Shown: positions 57,940 through 64,000 of the stretch, in pieces
Numbering within the stretch: position 1 is the stretch's first letter
Layout of the letters: every line of letters starts with the position of its first letter
DNA from: an uncultured Actinomycetes bacterium
GTDB lineage: Bacteria > Actinomycetota > Thermoleophilia > RBG-16-64-13
Assembly: GCA_963706025.1 (NCBI GenBank)
Contig: CAVPLM010000005.1
Coordinates: 512,001-576,000, forward strand
Direction: 5' to 3'
Length of the DNA stretch: 64,000 nt
Position numbers and translations under genes: made by a program
The notes under the pieces: model-generated
What the model saw: only the letters and a program-made list of their open reading frames with translations
The model's database searches: none
What the model was told of the DNA's origin: nothing

Positions 57940-59472
57940 CTAGTACCCCCATGCTCCGCCCCGGGTATTCACGTGTTCCCGGCGCGCGGCCAGCGTCCAG
58001 GCCGACGCCGTCGCACTCGGAGGGCAGGCCGCCGCGCGGTCCTGAACCTCTCTCTCCTCTCTCGCACCCAGGAGTTCCGCTATCACCGCCGCCAGGGAGG
58101 CGACCTCTGGGAGGGGGCGCTCCTTGCGATCGCGGCGTTCGAAGAATTCCAGAGCCACCTGGGGGAACAAGGCATAGGACACGACGTCTTCCTCGCTGAA
58201 CCTGATGCCCTTCTGAGCGAGCTCGTCCCTCCGCAGGGGAAGCTCGGGTTCAAGGGAGTCCGCAGGCCGGGTCGTGATGGGGGTCTCGTCTCCTATGCAC
58301 AGTTTCTGGATCTCTGGGTCTATCGGGCCGGGTGGCCTTCCGTAGAGCCCCTGCACATAGGCCTTGGTCTCCTTGGTGATCATCTTGTAGCGGCCCATGA
58401 GCACGTTCAAGGTGGCCTGCGTGCCCACGATCTGAGAGGTCGGCGTCACCAAAGGCGGGTAGCCGAGTTCCTGGCGTACCCGCGGGACCTCGGCCATTAC
58501 CTCGTCCATGCGGTCCAGAGCTCCCTGTTCTTTCAGCTGGGAGCTAAGATTGGAGATCATGCCGCCCGGGATCTGCCAGAGCAGCACGGCCGGATCGACG
58601 GCGGTGAACGCGCTCTCATAGGGCGCGTACTTCTTGCGCACGTCGCGGAAATAATCCGAGATCTCCTTGAGCAGCCCGATGTCCATGACGGTCTCGCGTT
58701 CGGAACCCGCGAAAGCAGCGACCATAGCCTCCGTCGGAGGATGGGACGTCCCCATGGACATGGAGGAGATAGCGCAATCGAGGATGTCAGCGCCGGCCTC
58801 CACGGCCTTTAGATAGGACATGGATGCCATCCCCGAGGTGTAGTGACAGTGCATGTGCACGAGGATATTCGGATACTCGGATTTGAGCGCGCTCACCAGC
58901 TCATAGGCGTCCCCGGGGTCCAATAGGCCGGCCATGTCCTTGATACAGATGCTCTGTGCGCCCATCTCCGCCACCTCGCCGGCGAAGCGGAGGAACGAGG
59001 ATACGTCGTGCACCGGGCTCTTGGTGTAGCTGATGGTGGCTTCGACCCACTTCCCGTTCTCCCTGACAGCCTCCATAGCTACCTGCATGTTGCGGGCGTC
59101 GTTGAGGGCGTCGAATATGCGGAATACATCGATGCCGGCTCGTGCAGCCAGGCGGACGAACTCACGCACCACATCGTCGGCGTAGTTGCGGTAGCCGACC
59201 ACGTTCTGGCCGCGCAGGAGCATCTGCAGCCTGGTATCGGGCATGGCCGCCTTGAGCGCCCTTACCCGTTCCCAGGGATCCTCGTGCAGGAAGCGCATCA
59301 TGGCATCGAACGTAGCCCCGCCCCACATCTCTAGCGACCAGTACCCCGCTCGGTTGAGCTTGTCGGCGATGGGTAGCATGTCCTCGACGCGCATACGGGT
59401 GGCAAGCAGAGACTGGTGCGCGTCGCGCAACACGAGGTCGGTGATCTGGACGGGGTTCCTGGAACTGGGCAT
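57940..59472 (-). CDS. Pyruvate/oxaloacetate carboxyltransferase (PycB/OadA/transcarboxylase 5S-like)
   Basis: RDAHQSLLATR, WGGATFD, IKDMAG, HCH, PGGMISN, LVTPTSQIVG; no biotinyl domain. Confidence 0.9.
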   Translation of the reverse strand: MPSSRNPVQITDLVLRDAHQSLLATRMRVEDMLPIADKLNRAGYWSLEMWGGATFDAMMRFLHEDPWERVRALKAAMPDTRLQMLLRGQNVVGYRNYADDVVREFVRLAARAGIDVFRIFDALNDARNMQVAMEAVRENGKWVEATISYTKSPVHDVSSFLRFAGEVAEMGAQSICIKDMAGLLDPGDAYELVSALKSEYPNILVHMHCHYTSGMASMSYLKAVEAGADILDCAISSMSMGTSHPPTEAMVAAFAGSERETVMDIGLLKEISDYFRDVRKKYAPYESAFTAVDPAVLLWQIPGGMISNLSSQLKEQGALDRMDEVMAEVPRVRQELGYPPLVTPTSQIVGTQATLNVLMGRYKMITKETKAYVQGLYGRPPGPIDPEIQKLCIGDETPITTRPADSLEPELPLRRDELAQKGIRFSEEDVVSYALFPQVALEFFERRDRKERPLPEVASLAAVIAELLGAREEREVQDRAAACPPSATASAWTLAARREHVNTRGGAWGY

Positions 59473-59490
59473 GTCGTCGATCCTCCCGGA

Positions 59491-60954
59491 TCAGAGGGGG
59501 ATGTTGCCGTGCTTCTTGGGCGGCCGGCCCTCTCGTTTGGACGCGCAGGCCTCGAGAGCCGAGATGAGCCGTGGACGCGTGTCCCGCGGCTCGATGATGT
59601 CGTCGATATGACCGCGCTCAGCCGCTGAATACGGGGAGGCCAGTGCGTCTGCGGGACCGACGACCGCGAACTCCGCCGAAGGCCAAGCAAAGCTGAGATC
59701 AGCCCGGGCGTGTTTGGAGCACATGACGTCGTAGGCATCGGCGGACGCCTTGCGGGTGATCAGCGTGATCTTGGGCACGGTCGCCTCGCAGAAGGCGTAG
59801 AGGAGCTTCGCCCCGTGGCGGATGATACCGCCGTATTCCTGAGCAGTCCCGGGCACGAAGCCGGGCACGTCCTCCAAGACGATCAAGGGGACGTTGAAGG
59901 CGTCGCAGAAGCGCACGAACCTGGCGCCCTTGATGGACGCGTCGTTGTCGAGCGCACCTCCGGCGCAGGCCGGCTCGTTGGCCACGACCCCGACCGAGCG
60001 CCCGCCCAGCCGGGCGAACCCGACGACGAGGTTCTGCGCCCAGTAGGGCATGATCTCGAAGAATTGGCCTTGGTCGACGACCCGGAAGATGACCTCGTGC
60101 ATGCTGTACGACCCGCCGGGATCACTCGGCACGATGCCGTCGAGTCCTTCGTCCTGACGGTCCACCGGGTCATCGGACTCCATTCGCGGTGTCTCGTCCA
60201 GGTTGTTCTGCGGCAGATAGGAGAGCAGCGCCCGGATCATCTCGAGGCAGTGCTCTTCGTCGTCGGCGGCCAGATGCGCGACCCCGGTCCGAGCGCTGTG
60301 CGTAATGGCCCCTCCCAGCTCCTCGCCGGTGACCGTCTCGCCGGTCGCGGTCTTGATGACTGCGGGGCTATTGACGAACATGTGGCTCGTGCCCTTGACC
60401 ATGATGATGAAGTCGGTCAGTGCAGGAGCGTAGACGGGTTCGCCCGTACAGGGACCCATGACTGCCGATATCTGGGGCACGACCCCGGAGGCCATGACGT
60501 TGCGGAAGAATACCTCGGCGTAGCCGCCCAGAGAGGTCGCGCCTTCTTGGACGTGGGCAGCCCCCGCGTCGTGGATCCCCACTATCGGGGCGCCGTTCTT
60601 CATGGCCAGGTCCATCACCTTCACGATCCTCCTGGCGCCTGTTTCGGCCGGCGGACCGTCGAGAAGAATGGAGTCCTGGGAGAAGACATACACGTCCCGT
60701 CCGGCGATCTTGCCATATCCGGTGATGACCCCGCCCCCCAGGACCCGCTCGTGGTCCGTGCCCGACTCGTGGGCTGGGGAGGTCATGAACATGTCGAGCT
60801 CGACGAAGGTGCCCTGGTCGAGCAGTTCTACCACCCGCTCGCGCGCCGCCTTCCTCCCCTTCTTGTGCCGGGCCTCAACACGTTCCAGCCCGCCGCTGTG
60901 AAGAGCCTCCGTCTTGAGTGTGCGCAGCCGCCCCGTTACCTTGTCATCGTTCAT
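59491..60954 (-). CDS. Acyl-CoA carboxyltransferase (PccB/12S-like), divergent
   Basis: ARERV..LLD.GTFVE, EELGGA..H, GFARLGG, FCDAFNVP, DVPGF, KKHGNIPL. Confidence 0.88.
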   Translation of the reverse strand: MNDDKVTGRLRTLKTEALHSGGLERVEARHKKGRKAARERVVELLDQGTFVELDMFMTSPAHESGTDHERVLGGGVITGYGKIAGRDVYVFSQDSILLDGPPAETGARRIVKVMDLAMKNGAPIVGIHDAGAAHVQEGATSLGGYAEVFFRNVMASGVVPQISAVMGPCTGEPVYAPALTDFIIMVKGTSHMFVNSPAVIKTATGETVTGEELGGAITHSARTGVAHLAADDEEHCLEMIRALLSYLPQNNLDETPRMESDDPVDRQDEGLDGIVPSDPGGSYSMHEVIFRVVDQGQFFEIMPYWAQNLVVGFARLGGRSVGVVANEPACAGGALDNDASIKGARFVRFCDAFNVPLIVLEDVPGFVPGTAQEYGGIIRHGAKLLYAFCEATVPKITLITRKASADAYDVMCSKHARADLSFAWPSAEFAVVGPADALASPYSAAERGHIDDIIEPRDTRPRLISALEACASKREGRPPKKHGNIPL

Positions 60955-61073
60955 GTGTATGACACCCTGTCCGCTAGACCGCCGTTTCTCGCCGATGCGC
61001 CGCAGCGGTGCATCACCTCGTGATCCTGGCCGGGATGATACCAGCCCGAGCGTCGTCTTCGCTCCCTCTTCGG

Positions 61074-61565
61074 TCAGCCTACCTGACCACCCATCGAGAA
61101 GAAGCGCCCTCGGTGCCAGAGCAAAGGACTTCGCTCGGTGTCCACCACATATGCCAATACTTCGGCCGTATAGACCCGGTACGTGGCGGCCGGATGGGAT
61201 CCCACCACCTTGCATTCCAGGCTGGCATAGCTTCCGGCGATGCGGGGGGCGCCCACCCTCTCGCTCAACTCGGCGGCGACGCCGAACTCCTCGAACTTGT
61301 CCAAGTCGCGACCATGAGTGGAGCCCAACTGTCGGACCATCTCGAACTGCTCCGGCGTGGCCAGATTGACCACGAACTCACCGGACTCGTCGATCAACTC
61401 GTTCGTCAGATGGTGGCCGGCCACGCTCACGCTGAGTAGAGGCGGAACCTCTGATACGAAGAACGCTGTCGCCGTCATGGCGTCGCGTCTCTCCCCAGCC
61501 GCAGCAGTCAGGATGACTGCCGGACACGGAAGCAAGGCGGCGACAGCTGCTTGCTGCTTGGTCAT
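61074..61565 (-). CDS. Flavin reductase-like FMN-binding protein
   Basis: PPLLSVSV, GEFVVNL, GRDLDKF, LECKV. Confidence 0.85.
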   Translation of the reverse strand: MTKQQAAVAALLPCPAVILTAAAGERRDAMTATAFFVSEVPPLLSVSVAGHHLTNELIDESGEFVVNLATPEQFEMVRQLGSTHGRDLDKFEEFGVAAELSERVGAPRIAGSYASLECKVVGSHPAATYRVYTAEVLAYVVDTERSPLLWHRGRFFSMGGQVG

Positions 61566-61647
61566 GATGGCCCTCCATGGAGTGCTGTGATTGACCATGG
61601 TCATACCCACCACGCGACGAACCTAGTCTGACGGTTCTTGAAGCTTC

Positions 61648-62460
61648 TCAGACCGCCATTTCCCGGTAGATCCGCTCCACTATTTCGGTGCCGTATTTCT
61701 TTTCGAGGCGTAGGATCGCGAAATGACCCCGGGCCATCTCCTGGAAATGATCCATGAACAAATAGTTGATCCCGGCGCCCGATACAGCCCCCAGGACAGG
61801 TACGGCTTTCGCAGCCACTTCCTCGGTGACGACCACGCTGAAGCGCGAACCGATGGCCGAGATGAGCCTGATCAGAGCGGGTGCTCCTTCGTGGACGGCC
61901 CCTTGCCGGGTCAGATGACTCACCGCTTCCGGTACCAGTTTCGCCAGCGCGGCTCGAGTCGTCCAGTATCCGGTCTCCGAGGAATCATCCAAGGGGCTCT
62001 TACCCCCCAGGGCAAAGACTCCCAAGCACCCCAACTGCACTTCCAGCTGAGAGACGTCGTGCCCCTCGCTTCGCGCGATATCGGCGATCGAGCGGAGCAT
62101 GACGCACGTCGAGAACGGCAATTCGACAATAAGAAAGTAGATGCCGGCCGCACCTGCCGCCGCCCCCGAGCCGACCACGACCACCTTGTGCAGCCAGTCG
62201 CGGGAGGGTCTCGGCTCGGCCTCCCCCATCGTGCGGATCGCATACTCGAGGCCCTTGAAAAGCGCCGCCTCGGTAGCCTCTCCCACTCTGTGGTTCCATC
62301 CCCTGGGCAGACGCTTGAGGCCCGCTTCGATCGGGCTCCCAAGTGTGGCGGCAACCCTGGCGGCGAGGCTCGGATGCTCCAGTCTGCGCTTCGCCTCGCG
62401 GAGATCGTTCAGGTCGCACTCGCTGAATTCCAGCTCGCCTACAAAGCTCACGTCACCCAC
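61648..62460 (-). CDS. EcsC family protein
   Basis: ELP.ST..MLRSIADIARSEG, VPVLGA..GA.INYLF.DHFQ. Confidence 0.8.
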   Translation of the reverse strand: MGDVSFVGELEFSECDLNDLREAKRRLEHPSLAARVAATLGSPIEAGLKRLPRGWNHRVGEATEAALFKGLEYAIRTMGEAEPRPSRDWLHKVVVVGSGAAAGAAGIYFLIVELPFSTCVMLRSIADIARSEGHDVSQLEVQLGCLGVFALGGKSPLDDSSETGYWTTRAALAKLVPEAVSHLTRQGAVHEGAPALIRLISAIGSRFSVVVTEEVAAKAVPVLGAVSGAGINYLFMDHFQEMARGHFAILRLEKKYGTEIVERIYREMAV

Positions 62461-62462
62461 CT

Positions 62463-63809
62463 CTATTCGTCCTCAGAGTAGTCGTCGGCGGCTTCAACCT
62501 CGAAGGCGCCCAGCGCGAGAAGGTCATCCGCGCTTTCGGCCGGGATCTCCTGAACAGTCCTCAACTTGCGCTCGATGGTCCGACTCTTCCTCGCGGCGTC
62601 CTCGATGGTAGTCGACGCCTGATCGAGCTTCTTGTGCACCCTTTCCAGCAGCCCGCCGAATTGCCCGAACTGGGTCTTCACCGCCCCCAGGAGCTGCCAG
62701 ACCTCGCTTGAGCGCTGCTCGACAGCCAGAGTGCGGAAGCCCATCTGCAGGCTGTTCAGGAGGGCAGCCAGGGTCGTAGGACCGGCGACCACCACCCGGC
62801 AGTCGTTCTGAAGAGATTCCGCCAGACCCGGACGGCGAAGGACCTCCGCGTAAAGGCCCTCGGTGGGCAGGAACATGATCCCAAAATCCGTGGTCCGCGG
62901 GGGATCCAGATACTTGGCCTGGATGTCTTTCGCCGAGTTCTTCACGCGCGCCTCGAGCCCCTTCAGTGCCACCTCCATTCCCGCGGAATCGCCTATCTCC
63001 TGGGCATCGAGCATGCGTTGATAGTCCTCGAGGGGGAACTTGGCGTCGATGGGAAGCCAGACCGCCTGATCCTTTCCGTCGTCTTGGCCGGGAAGCCTTA
63101 TGGCGTACTCGACGCGTTCCGCGCATCCCATCTTGCAGGCCACGTTCGCCTGGAATTGATCGGGGGTCAAGATCTGCTCTAGCAGCATCCCCAGCTGGAC
63201 TTCCCCCCAGGTACCGCGGGTCTTCACGTTGGTGAGCACCTGCTTGAGGTCGCCCACACCGGCGGCAAGGGACTGCATCTCCCCGAGCCCCTTGTGCACC
63301 GCCTCCAGTCGCTCGCTCACCTGCTTGAAAGACTCGCCCAAGCGCTGCTCCAGGGTGGCCGTCAGCCGTTCGTCCACGGTCTGACGCATCTGTTCGAGCT
63401 TGGTGGCATTCTCGTCCTGTATCTGCTTGAGGCGGCCATCCACCGTCAAACGGAGCTCGTTCATGCGCTTTTCGTTCGATTCGGTGAGCGAGACGAGCTG
63501 AGTGGCGAAGGTATCGAATTGGTTCTTCTGCTGCTGGCCGAGTTGGCCGATGCTGTTCACGGTCGAATCGCCCCAGCCTTTCACCACGGCGGTGACCTCT
63601 TCGCGCACCTGCTGTGCGCTCCTGGCCGATTCCTCACGGCTCCGGGCCATCTCTTCGCGGAGCAGGCGCTCCCCCCGTTCCTGGGCCTGCCCCAACCGCT
63701 CCACCTCGACGCCCATCTTGTCCCGCCGAGAGCGCAGAACAAGCATCAGAAGCAGCCCCACGGCGACGACCAAGAGAACGACGGAGACGACGGCCAGCGC
63801 TTCGGACAT
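62463..63809 (-). CDS. rmuC: DNA recombination protein RmuC
   Basis: N-terminal TM and coiled coil, KTRGTWGEVQL, LPIDAKFP, MFLPTEGLYAE, GPTTL. Confidence 0.95.
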   Translation of the reverse strand: MSEALAVVSVVLLVVAVGLLLMLVLRSRRDKMGVEVERLGQAQERGERLLREEMARSREESARSAQQVREEVTAVVKGWGDSTVNSIGQLGQQQKNQFDTFATQLVSLTESNEKRMNELRLTVDGRLKQIQDENATKLEQMRQTVDERLTATLEQRLGESFKQVSERLEAVHKGLGEMQSLAAGVGDLKQVLTNVKTRGTWGEVQLGMLLEQILTPDQFQANVACKMGCAERVEYAIRLPGQDDGKDQAVWLPIDAKFPLEDYQRMLDAQEIGDSAGMEVALKGLEARVKNSAKDIQAKYLDPPRTTDFGIMFLPTEGLYAEVLRRPGLAESLQNDCRVVVAGPTTLAALLNSLQMGFRTLAVEQRSSEVWQLLGAVKTQFGQFGGLLERVHKKLDQASTTIEDAARKSRTIERKLRTVQEIPAESADDLLALGAFEVEAADDYSEDE

Positions 63810-63857
63810 ATCAGACCTCCTTGAGGCGTGCGGAGGAGCGTGATCGGATTCGCCCTA

Positions 63858-64000
63858 CTAACTTAGCACGCGGGCCGGACGGGTTGGCCCGGGTCGGAGC
63901 TCCTTGACGGCGGCGAGGACGGCGAGGGCGACCGACCGCGCCAACGTCAACGCGCGATCGGTCGCCGGCACTCCCACGAGGCGCGCTACTGCACGTTCAA
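63858..64000 (-). CDS. 3' end of an unidentified CDS entering from the right edge
   Basis: Open frame ERAVARLVGV...PARVLS* ending at TAG 63858. Confidence 0.35.
   Translation of the reverse strand, partial: ERAVARLVGVPATDRALTLARSVALAVLAAVKELRPGPTRPARVLS

Overview
High-GC bacterial chromosome segment. It most likely comes from an anaerobic, deep-branching Actinomycetota (Thermoleophilia-like); this is inferred from gene order and content, not from a search. It is mostly core and metabolic genes: tsaE, family-4 UDG, panC, rho, thrC-hom-lysA, hpt, tRNA-Gly, a probable 6S RNA, mutM, argS, rlmH, zur-znuCB, hcpR-hcp, hisG, fprA, gabT, rubrerythrin, glmM, a MazF-type TA pair, biotin-dependent carboxyltransferase subunits and rmuC. 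No CRISPR array, prophage or transposase was seen. Five things stand out. (1) An acetate-transport locus (DUF485-actP and a SatP channel fused to a cytoplasmic helical domain) lies next to a PHP hydrolase and a Cache-PAS-PAS-CBS-DUF294 nucleotidyltransferase, which suggests a writer/eraser/target signalling system. (2) An archaeal-type cyclic 2,3-diphosphoglycerate operon is flanked by a metallophosphoesterase and a GlpX with an altered active site. (3) A non-canonical amino-sugar operon has a half-GlmU, glmM, nagB and an orphan nucleotidyltransferase. (4) A MITE family with four copies tends to sit at stop codons. (5) A PD-(D/E)XK nuclease-like gene is paired with an HPRT that ends in a sliding-clamp-like motif. 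All product calls come from motif recognition by eye; no database search was run.
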